Positions 45,685 through 54,190 of a DNA stretch of 64,000 nucleotides are shown in pieces. This DNA comes from a virus. Its lineage: Duplodnaviria; Heunggongvirae; Uroviricota; Caudoviricetes. The notes beneath the pieces were generated by a model. It saw only the letters and a list, made by a program, of their open reading frames with translations, was not told where the DNA came from and did not search any database. The number at the start of each line of letters is the position of its first letter. The stretch's first letter is position 1. The stretch lies in the IMG/VR virus record IMGVR_UViG_3300028486_000080, positions 16,199 through 80,198 of that record. One strand, given 5' to 3'. Made by a program: the position numbers and the translations under genes.

Positions 45685-45746
45685 CCCTATCACCGGGGAG
45701 CCCGGCTAGCTTCGCCTTTACGGAGGCGATGTCCCCGGTGATAGGG
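45685..45746. other. 15-bp perfect inverted repeat enclosing a second hairpin
   Basis: CCCTATCACCGGGGA...TCCCCGGTGATAGGG with internal TCGCCT-TTACGG-AGGCGA. Confidence 0.7.
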
Positions 45747-45929
45747 CTCCAGCACCTTGTTAACCTTTAGCTAGTTTGTTTCCCTGATCATTTCCACACG
45801 TGGTGGGCGGCGCGCGGCACCCTACCCCCTAACGGTCCCTTTGGGTTCCCATTACCTCCTCGCCTCGCGCCAACGACTCGGAACCATTTGAACGCTTTTG
45901 ATTCAAAAGTCGCTCGAAAACAGTCATTT

Positions 45930-46260
45930 CGCATTTGAATTGATTTTTGAGAAAATAAACGAAAATAGAAAAATAAATGAAAAATGTGTTTAGCACACAA
46001 GCAACACATATGCGCGCCCCCACATACACAACATATTAGGGTTAACAATTAGTGTACACATACACACTCATACACACTCACACATTCACTACATGTTAAC
46101 GTTAATAGATATGGTAAACGATTAACCTTAACAGTGTGTGTATGTGTAACACTGTGTTAACCATATGTGTTAACCTTACTAGATACTAACACTGTGTACC
46201 ATAGTGGCACACATACACACATTAACCCCTCGTATACCATAGCCTACCTTTTTTCTATTC
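45930..46260. repeat. AT-rich non-coding region with A-tracts, ACAC/GTGT repeats and TTAAC motifs
   Basis: GAAAAATAAACGAAAATAGAAAAATAAATG; CACATACACAC copies and an inverted GTGTGTATGTG; no credible ORF. Confidence 0.7.
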
Positions 46261-46293
46261 TTCATTCTTTGTTTACACCTTGAGGCGCATAGT
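46261..46293 (+). promoter_or_regulatory. cassette promoter: degenerate CtrA box plus CACCTTGAGGCG-CATAGT
   Basis: TTCA-N7-TTTA; near-identical to 47163 and 48686. Confidence 0.6.
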
Positions 46294-46364
46294 CATGGGA
46301 TAGCAGGCAAGCACACAGACACAGAGCTTAGCCCTTCCCCCTGCTACCCATAGGAGTCGAACCA

Positions 46365-46511
46365 ATGGAAAAGTTTACTGGCGAGATCGATGGAAAAGCT
46401 CTTGCGCTTTTCATCCAGACAAAGCGACTTGAGCGTGCGCGCCTAGACGCCAAGGCTGACGAAAAGCGCGCCCTAATCCTTGCTTATCTCCGTCACGCAA
46501 CCAAACAGTAA
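46365..46511 (+). CDS. small hypothetical protein (48 aa)
   Basis: AGGAGTCGAA leader; manual translation MEKFTGEIDG... Confidence 0.55.
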   Translation: MEKFTGEIDGKALALFIQTKRLERARLDAKADEKRALILAYLRHATKQ

Positions 46512-46524
46512 GGATATTCACACT

Positions 46525-47019
46525 ATGGCAAACGATATTGTTATATATCGGTCACCTGTCAGGGTAGCTATGGGCATCCTAATTACTGAGGGTAAAGCCG
46601 CCCTCAGTAAGGGCGCCTCTGTGGCGATAGCCTTAGGGTGCGGGCTTACCATTGGCGCCCTTTCTACGGTCGCCTATGTGCGCACCCTAGAGGTGCCTCC
46701 CCAGATCATCGAAAAAACGATTACGAAAATTCGCTTCGAGAACATTTGCAAACCTGAGAATCTGGGGCTGCCGATTAAGGTGGTTATGCCGGAAACGAAT
46801 CCGAACGTTTCTTGGAACGGCAGTTATGTGGCGCCGCTTTCCAGCGATCCAAAGATTGCACGGGAACAAATCGCCGCGGAATCACGTCGCGCCGTCGCTA
46901 CTATCAGGGCAAGAGTCGATACGCTCAAAATCGAAGCTTCGAGCGCTGATAAGCGATTCGATACCATTATGAAAAATTCCGTTGCGCCGAAGGAGTCGCC
47001 AGACGGAAAAAAACAGTAG
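46525..47019 (+). CDS. membrane-anchored hypothetical protein
   Basis: AAGGA RBS, TM helix, followed by a hairpin at 47031-47056. Confidence 0.6.
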   Translation: MANDIVIYRSPVRVAMGILITEGKAALSKGASVAIALGCGLTIGALSTVAYVRTLEVPPQIIEKTITKIRFENICKPENLGLPIKVVMPETNPNVSWNGSYVAPLSSDPKIAREQIAAESRRAVATIRARVDTLKIEASSADKRFDTIMKNSVAPKESPDGKKQ

Positions 47020-47162
47020 GCGGCGCCAAGCGGCGGGACTCTGTATCCCGCCGCGACGCGTCGCAAGAATCCGGTGTCGATTACTCGATTGATCACCCTT
47101 CGGGGCATAGGACTCAAAAAACTGGCGGCAAGCCAAAAATAAATGTGCACGCCTTCTAGATC

Positions 47163-47195
47163 GTAACCTTTTGTTAAGACCTTGGGGCGCATATT
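47163..47195 (+). promoter_or_regulatory. cassette promoter GTAA-N7-TTAA-N12-CATATT
   Basis: Read directly. Confidence 0.6.
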
Positions 47196-47229
47196 GGACT
47201 GGTCAGAGACACAAACCACGGAGTCGAAA

Positions 47230-47418
47230 ATGTCTAGCCGCTACACACAAGCCGCACTTGAGCGCCGCGCCCTTCGCCGCAACGCTGATGCCCGCAAGCT
47301 TTCGCCGCGCGGTGTCAAGTTCGCCAACTACGACTCGAAGTCGATTAGTGAGGCGCGCGAAATCAGCGACAAGCTGATGAGCGATTGGCGTTGGCTCAAT
47401 TCGAGCGGGACGCACTAA
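47230..47418 (+). CDS. small basic hypothetical protein
   Basis: GGAGTCGAAA leader; followed by hairpin GGCGCCTC-GCAA-GAGGCGCC. Confidence 0.6.
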   Translation: MSSRYTQAALERRALRRNADARKLSPRGVKFANYDSKSISEAREISDKLMSDWRWLNSSGTH

Positions 47419-47468
47419 AACGGAGGCGCCTCGCAAGAGGCGCCCTTTCCCCCCTAGGAGTCGAGACA

Positions 47469-47732
47469 ATGAGCTTCATGCAGCCCGAAATCGTCAAAGG
47501 CGACTGGTACCTTGTAGACGGAACGCAAGGAATCGAGTCTTTTCCCGCAGATATGTTTGGACCGGAGGAAGCGGCGGCAGCATACAGCGGCGACGTTTGG
47601 AGCGTCGAATTCACCCATGGATATGGTGCGCGCTTTTCAGCGCCGGGTTACATGGATTGCACGGATTGGACCGTCTACGCTACGCTAGAAGAGGCGCAAG
47701 CGGCGCTCAATGAGGAGTCGGACGATGCTTAA
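47469..47732 (+). CDS. hypothetical phage protein
   Basis: AGGAGTCGAG leader; GYGARFSAPGYMDCTDW pattern. Confidence 0.7.
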   Translation: MSFMQPEIVKGDWYLVDGTQGIESFPADMFGPEEAAAAYSGDVWSVEFTHGYGARFSAPGYMDCTDWTVYATLEEAQAALNEESDDA

Positions 47733-47982
47733 GGCTGAGACTTTCGAGGCGCCAACGCATTGGGCGCCTGCGTTGATAAATGGCGATTGGTCGGGCTTGG
47801 ATAGCGCCGAAACGCATGAATTGCTGGCGTGGATCGATGCCAACAAAGATATTGGCTCGATTGTGAGCGTGGACTCCGAATCGGAGCGCTTCACCTGGAA
47901 TTATCGAATTTATAACCCTTTTGCACCGGAAGGCGTGCGCGGGGGTTCGGTTTGTGAGTATACTGCGCTTGTTGAGGCATAA
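47725..47982 (+). CDS. hypothetical phage protein
   Basis: PTHWAPALINGDWSGL pattern. Confidence 0.65.
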   Translation: MLKAETFEAPTHWAPALINGDWSGLDSAETHELLAWIDANKDIGSIVSVDSESERFTWNYRIYNPFAPEGVRGGSVCEYTALVEA

Positions 47983-48006
47983 GCCTCTAAATCAGGAGTC
48001 GAGAAC

Positions 48007-48468
48007 ATGGCACGAGTAAACGAGACGGCAGCAGGCAAGGCAATTGGCGCATGGGTGATTATGCGCGGCGCAAAGCACATCGCCACGGTGCGCGCCCACT
48101 ACGGCAACGCGGTGACTGTGGACGTGATCCAATACGGCAAGGCGCTGGAGCGCTCGCAAAAGACGGGCGACAAGCTCAAGCGCAAAGTTGAGGATCGGCA
48201 GACGGGACGCGCTGGCGGTTACGGCTATGACAAGTTTGCGGCGGCGCTTGCCGGGCTGATTATCGACGGTCACCAGATGAATGACCATTGCGGCAAGCAA
48301 CTCAAGCCGCCGCATGGCGCAAAGCGTTTTCCTCAGGACTACAAACCGCCGCGCGGCTATCACCTCAACAATTGGGACCGCGAGAACGGCGGTTATATGT
48401 CGTGCTATCGCTCCACCGGCTTGCGGTATCTCGAAGAAATCGGTTACAGCGTGATCCAGGCGATTTAA
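48007..48468 (+). CDS. hypothetical phage protein
   Basis: AGGAGTCGAG leader; GRAGGYGYDKFAAAL pattern. Confidence 0.7.
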   Translation: MARVNETAAGKAIGAWVIMRGAKHIATVRAHYGNAVTVDVIQYGKALERSQKTGDKLKRKVEDRQTGRAGGYGYDKFAAALAGLIIDGHQMNDHCGKQLKPPHGAKRFPQDYKPPRGYHLNNWDRENGGYMSCYRSTGLRYLEEIGYSVIQAI

Positions 48469-48505
48469 CGGATTAGTAACCAAGAGTCGAGAAATCGGCT
48501 CTTGG

Positions 48506-48630
48506 TTAATTTTCGATGGCGATTTGTTAACCTTAAAAATTAGGGTTAACGCCAGATTCACAGAAATTAACGACCGTTAACGTTAACGCGCGCTTAACGC
48601 GGCGCTGTCTCAAAATGGGACAGTTGTTAA
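48506..48630. promoter_or_regulatory. cluster of 9 TTAA half-sites including canonical TTAA-CGCGCGC-TTAAC (48583-48598)
   Basis: Counted in sequence. Confidence 0.65.
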
Positions 48631-48685
48631 CCCGAAATTTACCATGATCCAAGTTGGCGATTTTTTCGCTTGGCGGCGATTTTTG

Positions 48686-48718
48686 TTTACCTCTCGTTAA
48701 GACCTTGAGGCGCATAGT
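48686..48718 (+). promoter_or_regulatory. cassette promoter TTTA-N7-TTAA-GACCTTGAGGCG-CATAGT
   Basis: Read directly. Confidence 0.65.
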
Positions 48719-48756
48719 CAGCACATCGAAACGCCAACACCCAGGAGTCGAACCCA

Positions 48757-48947
48757 TGCAAAAGCGCCATTTTGAAGCCGTAGCAAAGGCAATCAAAGCC
48801 TGCAACATCAGCGAAAACGCTCGTTGCAGTGTTGTGCTCGCTCTGGCGAACGAGTTTGCCGAGCACAACGAAAAATTTCAGGAAATCAGATTCATGCTGG
48901 CATGTGGTTGCTCGCATGATGACGTTGCGCTGATGTTGCGCGCCTAA
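48757..48947 (+). CDS. small hypothetical protein
   Basis: AGGAGTCGAA leader; MQKRHFEAVA pattern. Confidence 0.65.
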
Positions 48948-48968
48948 TCGAGAACGAGGAGTCGAGCC

Positions 48969-50225
48969 ATGACAGCGGCAGGTTACATAATCGGCGGCAT
49001 GTTCCTAATCGGCGCTGTGATCCACGTCGATAAGCTGCAAACCAAGCTCGACTCCTCTATGTGCATGACGCGCGCATGCCTTGAGCTTGTCAGCGTCGAA
49101 AAGTCAGTAAGAGAACGCAACGCGGCAAAAGCCGCTCAAATAGAGGTGATGCATGCACTCGAACGCTAAAGAGATCGTGACCATTGTCGAGACAACGAAA
49201 ATCGAGTCCGCAGAAGACTTGGCGGCATACTTTGCCCGCGGCGGAGTCGTGCACAAATGCGCGATTGGCGAGCGCTCGATTGCCCCAGGTGAGGCGCCCG
49301 TGCTCGATGAGGAATTCGATACGGAATGAAAATCTGGCACGTGATAATTGCGGGGGTGCTTTTGTGCGCCCTCGCTGGATTCTCGACTCACAACTGGCGC
49401 CGCAACATCTGCGACGTTGATTGCAGAGTCCAATTCGAGGAGTCGCTTAGGTGATAGTCACCTCTAAGCACGTGCGCCCTAATCCGTACAGGGCGCGCGA
49501 ATTCGTCGGCTTTGATGCGTCGGGCAACGTCTGGCGCATCTATCACAATGAGCGGCGCCGCTCGCATGCCGAGACGTGGCGAGTCGAGAAAATAATGGGC
49601 GGCACGTCGTTTTGTTCACGCAATCTTAGCGAAATCAGCGATAGGCTAGCCAATACCGCATAACCGAGGAGTCGAACATGCTTGACCTAATCGCCAACTG
49701 GCAAGATTCGCCCATGCTGCTAGCCGGGGCAATGCTCTTTTCTTTTTGGGTGACCGCTTCTGTGGTCCGCTAAATAGGAGTCGAACAATGAAGCCTGGAA
49801 CAAGAATCGAAGTCGTCTCGCCGCGTCTGCATTGCGCCGGGCAATTCGGAATCATCGTCGCCGCGTGCTCTAGTCATGCCGACGTGCTGCTTGACGATGG
49901 CGGCACCCTCAACGGGATTCACGTCTCGCACCTCAGGGAAAGCGATTATTTCGCTTGGTAGTAGTTTGTTAAGACGTGCCGGGATATTCTCGGCACGTCA
50001 ACACATGAGGAGTCGAACATGTCTAAGCTAGTTCAAGTTTTTGGCGACTACGGATATGACAGCGAGCAACTATTGCTCGGTGAAACGTCCCTTGAAGATG
50101 CCGAGCGCTTTATCAAGCGCTACACCCGCGGGGGTGACTTCGGAGGCTATAGCGTCATTGAGGCAATATCGTTTGCCGATGATGGCGAGGCAATCGTGCG
50201 CTTCAAAGTCTCGATTGACGACTAA
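48969..50225 (+). CDS. run of seven tiny genes: 48969-49169, 49153-49329, 49326-49454, 49451-49663, 49678-49773, 49788-49961, 50019-50225
   Basis: Coupled ORFs, most preceded by GGAGTCG(A); three have hydrophobic helices. Confidence 0.55.
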
Positions 50226-50282
50226 CAGGTAAGGTGCCCGGTGTAACAGCCGGGCATCATTGTGGCTTGTTTTTTGGTATGG

Positions 50283-50534
50283 TTAATTTCGCTACGTGAT
50301 TCTGTTAACCTTAATGTGAACACCTATCAGCGTTAACCTTAATCGTTAACCTTAACGTGAACACCTATCAGCGTTAACCTTAATTCTTAACCTTAATAGT
50401 CAGCTTTGTTAACCTTAATTCTTAACGTTAATGCGCGATTCATGGTAAATCTGGCGTTAACGTTAATTGTTAACCTTAACGGCTGTTAACCTTAACGATT
50501 ATGGTTAACGTAGTATGGTTAACGAGCCGTTAAC
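50283..50534. repeat. dense TTAAC array: 24 TTAA, 8x TTAACCTTAA, one exact 28-bp direct repeat, one canonical CtrA box at 50519-50534
   Basis: Counted in sequence; non-coding. Confidence 0.9.
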
Positions 50535-50555
50535 CTAAATGAAAATTAGTGTTAG

Positions 50556-50675
50556 GAAAACCTCACGAGCCCAAAGCCAGATCGCGATTCGAAAAGCTCG
50601 CGAGCCCATGGGTGCTCCCGAGTGTGAAAAAGCTCACGAGCCCATGGACAGATTCGATTCTGGAAAAGCCTCAGG
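50556..50675. repeat. iteron-like repeats GAAAA(G/C)CTC(A/G)CGAGCCCA at 35-nt period
   Basis: Copies at 50556, 50591, 50626 and a degenerate copy at 50663. Confidence 0.75.
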
Positions 50676-51164
50676 TGGTCGATTATGCTTGCGTAGATTG
50701 TCGATGGCTGGAATCACTCTCAGGTTCCACGGTACGTGAAGCCCACACCGATCTTTACCTTGCAACGGCTCGATATGGTCAACATGGTGAGCGACACCCG
50801 TCTCTTGTTCCTTGACTCTCGCCTCCAGATACTTGGCGGCAATCTCGTCCACCATGGCGTCGTTCTCAGAGCACCATACAGGAAAAGCGTTAATAAATCG
50901 TGCACGCTTCTTAGCGTTGCGCGCTCGTGATCGCCCGATATTTTTTCGGTAGTAATCTCTGTTGTTGTCCCGGCGTCTCTCTCGATGCGTGAGGGCATAA
51001 AGGCGCCCGCGCGCTAGGTAGCGCTCTCGATTTTTCTTCTGCCACGCCTTGGTGCGTTCATTGCGGCATGGCTTGCATTCCCCGGCGAGTCCGTCACGGT
51101 ATCGCGGGTCTTTGCAGTAGTCTGTTAACTCTTTTTCCTCTGAGCACTTCGAACAGCGTTTCAT
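50634..51164 (-). CDS. HNH endonuclease with N-terminal Zn-finger
   Basis: KRCSKC...ECKPC; HHVDHIEPLQG..CGLHVPWNLRVI...NLRKHN; own promoter TTGACA-N17-TACACT at 51171-51199. Confidence 0.9.
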   Translation of the reverse strand: MKRCSKCSEEKELTDYCKDPRYRDGLAGECKPCRNERTKAWQKKNRERYLARGRLYALTHRERRRDNNRDYYRKNIGRSRARNAKKRARFINAFPVWCSENDAMVDEIAAKYLEARVKEQETGVAHHVDHIEPLQGKDRCGLHVPWNLRVIPAIDNLRKHNRPPEAFPESNLSMGS

Positions 51165-51298
51165 GAACGCAGTGTATCAATATTAACCTTAAATGTCAAC
51201 TGTGATATATTTGTTGTGATAATATTGTCACAGATGCTCGTTGACTTAAAAGTCAATTTAAGATTCGGACAACCTCCCCCTTAGTTAAAATTTCTGGC

Positions 51299-51384
51299 GG
51301 GTCCACATACCCCCCTAGGAAAAAATCCGGCAATGGGTCCACCCGCCCTATCTCTAATTTTGGGGAAGGGTCCACCCGCCCTAT
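51299..51384. repeat. three GGGTCCAC repeats, two extended to GGGTCCACCCGCCCTAT
   Basis: Copies at 51299, 51335, 51368. Confidence 0.7.
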
Positions 51385-51394
51385 TCTCAAATAG

Positions 51395-51628
51395 TTAACG
51401 GCTCCCCTCGATCTTTTCCATGAGTGCCCTCAGCATCGCTTCATAGGGGAAGTTGCCCACCTTTTCCACCCGGCGAAAAGTGCTAAGGCTCATACCCAGC
51501 GCCTCAGCGGCAGCCGGTTGACTCAAATTGAGGCGGGTCCGCCAATCCTTAACATCGATACCGAGGGTCGATGCGAATTGGGGCACCAGATCGCCATAGT
51601 CGCCCGTACGGGTCACATCGTTGGTCAT
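51395..51628 (-). CDS. XRE-family HTH regulator
   Basis: VKDWRTRLNLSQPAAAEALGMSLSTFRRVE. Confidence 0.75.
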   Translation of the reverse strand: MTNDVTRTGDYGDLVPQFASTLGIDVKDWRTRLNLSQPAAAEALGMSLSTFRRVEKVGNFPYEAMLRALMEKIEGSR

Positions 51629-51631
51629 GGA

Positions 51632-51784
51632 GTCAAAACTGTTCAAATTGGACAGGGGGGTAGTCAAATTGACTGTAGTCAATTTGAAGGGGTAGTCAAA
51701 TTGGATACCCCTCAAAACTGTTCAAATTGAACAGTTTTGCGCCTGTTAACGTTAATCTTTAAGCCTAATGTGTTCAAATTGACT
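51632..51784. promoter_or_regulatory. six TCAA(A/T)TTG pseudo-palindromes upstream of the XRE gene, putative operators
   Basis: Includes AAAACTGTTCAA-A-TTGAACAGTTTT at about 51715-51739. Confidence 0.6.
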
Positions 51785-52283
51785 ACCCCCCGACGCTCGA
51801 CGGGCGATTTGTGACCATTTTCGGGGCGTTTGTGTCCACTGAATGGTCACACGACTTCCGAGGGGTGTAGGGCGGCAAAAACCCAGCATTTCTCGGCTCT
51901 TGATGGCTTCTTTACCTTACTATTCTTACTTAATATAACTATATGATTAATGTAACCAGTTTTGGGAAGTCCTTAGCCCATTGCAAACGAATCTTAAGCA
52001 TAAAAGTTAACGTTAACGTTCGTGCTGTTTGCGCCCATCCGTGCTCCAGTGTGCTGCTGTAGCCCGTGATATGCCTTTTGAGGAGTCACAATAGACCTGT
52101 AGTTTCTTTCGACGTAAGCCTTTGATATCGCCCAATGTTTTTGTGCCCATTTTTCGGGGGCAATGGACACACTCCCGACACAAGAGTATTGCAATTAACG
52201 ATAATATCCTGTAGTATCTCAGAGTCGAAAGGCGTGAAACGCCCAACGATCAACGATCAACCCTCAACTCTCAGGACACCACC

Positions 52284-52766
52284 ATGGGTCTCTTAACTCT
52301 CGACGTGCACCTCGAATTGGATACCGAAAGCCCCGAGGCTATGATGCTTCTAGCCATAAAACACCGGCTAGGTCTCTCCGACGTTGACGCGATCAAGTAT
52401 GCCCTTCACCACCACCAATTGAAGCACAATCGCGCCAAGGGTACCCTACCCCGTAAGGCTGATCAGATGCGCAAAGTCCGCGCTATCCAGCAATGGCAAG
52501 CGGTCCATGCCGCCTATGGGAAGCTGGCAACATGCCCTCACATCTTTGCCGTTACGGTATGGGATTACGGTCCCGACAACAAAACCGTCGAAGTCACCGT
52601 GAAATTCCCATGGGTCAACCCTAATGATTGGACCACGTGGCGGGTCGATACTGACAAGGTGCACGATGCCAAAGGCGTGGCCATTTACTTCGCTGCCCAG
52701 TCCCTAGGATTGAACGTCGAAGACAAATATGCAACAGAGCCTATCCGTTGCGTTCAGGTTAATTAA
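52284..52766 (+). CDS. hypothetical protein
   Basis: 160 aa, AGGA RBS. Confidence 0.6.
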   Translation: MGLLTLDVHLELDTESPEAMMLLAIKHRLGLSDVDAIKYALHHHQLKHNRAKGTLPRKADQMRKVRAIQQWQAVHAAYGKLATCPHIFAVTVWDYGPDNKTVEVTVKFPWVNPNDWTTWRVDTDKVHDAKGVAIYFAAQSLGLNVEDKYATEPIRCVQVN

Positions 52767-54113
52767 GGATTTTCCCGCCGCCGCGCGTTGTATTCTTGAA
52801 TGCGTGCGAGCCCGAACAGTCGCCGCATTTCATCCACCGGCAGACCACGGCGCCGCGCCCCACCACGCACGGCTGAATCCTCGATAACAGTCTCTAGCCA
52901 ATCGGTCACCGGCTTGAGGCGTTCCGCTTTGTTGCTCATGCGCAGTAAGCTATGGGCATCCCGTAACAGCGAAATATTAGGCACCGGCAGCGCGGGCAAC
53001 GGCTCCAATTGCTTGACGCGTCCGCGTTTAGGTTTCACCGATTCGGACATTACCGCTTACCCTTGTTCCTCGACATTCATAATTCCAGGTCCAGGTTTGT
53101 GCGTGGCGTGCGTCACCATGGCGTAGTCAGCAGGCGAGAACATGACGACGACTTGCGCGCCCTTTATCGCGTTATCCATAACGTAATGCATCGCGGGCAT
53201 CATGTCCTCGAAAGGACCGACGATGCCCTGCATATTCGGCAGCACCACCACATACTGAGTAACCATTACGCCTCCACTTCACCCTCTTGGCGGCGCTTGA
53301 TCACCGCGGGCGCTAGCGGGTCCAGCGGACTATCGCTAGCCTCGATTGCGCGCTCCCGCAGCGTAGCCTCCAGCCCCTCAGGAGTCTTTGCCTTAGGAAA
53401 CGTGCTCGGCAGTCCAGGCACACACGTTATGCCCCATTTCTTTGCGAGGCTCCCACCGATCTTGCGCATGGCTTCAGCCTTGCCACGCAAGTCGGCAGCC
53501 ACGAGCTTGGTGCCCATGCTTGCCATGTCGTCGGCTTGCTCGTCGTAGAGTCCCGCCTTAGTAGCGATAAGCGATACCGTCATGTCCTGCGCCGCGCGCA
53601 TGACTTCACGTTTTGACATTGAGTGCTCCCTTAATCATTCGTTGGCGCAACAGCTTCACCGGCACGCCCGCGTTCCTTGCAGCATCCCTTATAAACTTCT
53701 CGGACGCCATAGCCTCCAGCCAATCAGCAACATAGTTAGCGTCCGCCACTACCATGTCGCCTTCTGGCGATCCGTCAGTTTCATAAGCCCGCAACCATTC
53801 GGCAGCAAAGCGCAGCGCATCAGGGGGCGGTTGCTTAGGTATGCTCATATTCTGCCTCCATACGGTCCAAGTATGCCTTGTCTGCCGCCTCTTCGGCGCG
53901 AAGCTCTTCATCGGTCGGATACCGAGGAACCCAACCGTCCAGCCACGCGCACGGGCGGTTAGCCGACAGAACACGATTCTGCGGCAGCGGCAGCCTCAAC
54001 AGAAGCTCCGTCGCCACAGTGTGATAGTAGTCACTCCAGGCGCCCATACCAGCCTTGCGCGCCTCTTTAGAGGCTTCAAGATAGGCATCTTCGGGGGTGT
54101 ATTCGGTGCACAT
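52763..54113 (-). CDS. operon of five hypothetical genes: 53835-54113, 53606-53848, 53266-53619, 53057-53266, 52763-53050
   Basis: Coupled ORFs behind the cassette promoter at 54160; 52763 and 53606 look paralogous. Confidence 0.6.
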
Positions 54114-54159
54114 AGGTTCGACTCCTATAATGGCGCGCATTGCGCCGAACTCTCAGGAA

Positions 54160-54190
54160 CCCTAGCACCAAAGTCTTAAGAAACCGTTAA
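54160..54190 (-). promoter_or_regulatory. CtrA-box promoter TTAA-CGGTTTC-TTAA-N7-GTGCTAGGG
   Basis: Read directly. Confidence 0.75.

Noticed and set aside
50556-50675. Possible mini-CRISPR array
   Set aside because: Repeats are 18 bp and imperfect, spacers only ~17 nt, and no cas genes are present; better read as iterons.
4991-51164. The two HNH genes as intron-encoded homing endonucleases
   Set aside because: Both are free-standing; neighbouring genes including the polymerase are uninterrupted and no group I intron structure was evident.
51395-52766. Lysogeny module (repressor plus integrase)
   Set aside because: An XRE HTH is present, but no tyrosine or serine recombinase motifs or att site were seen in the window.
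54112-54128. ATAGG-TTCGACT-CCTAT as a tRNA T-arm on the plus strand
   Set aside because: No D arm, anticodon arm or acceptor stem around it; it is the reverse complement of the GGAGTCGA leader.
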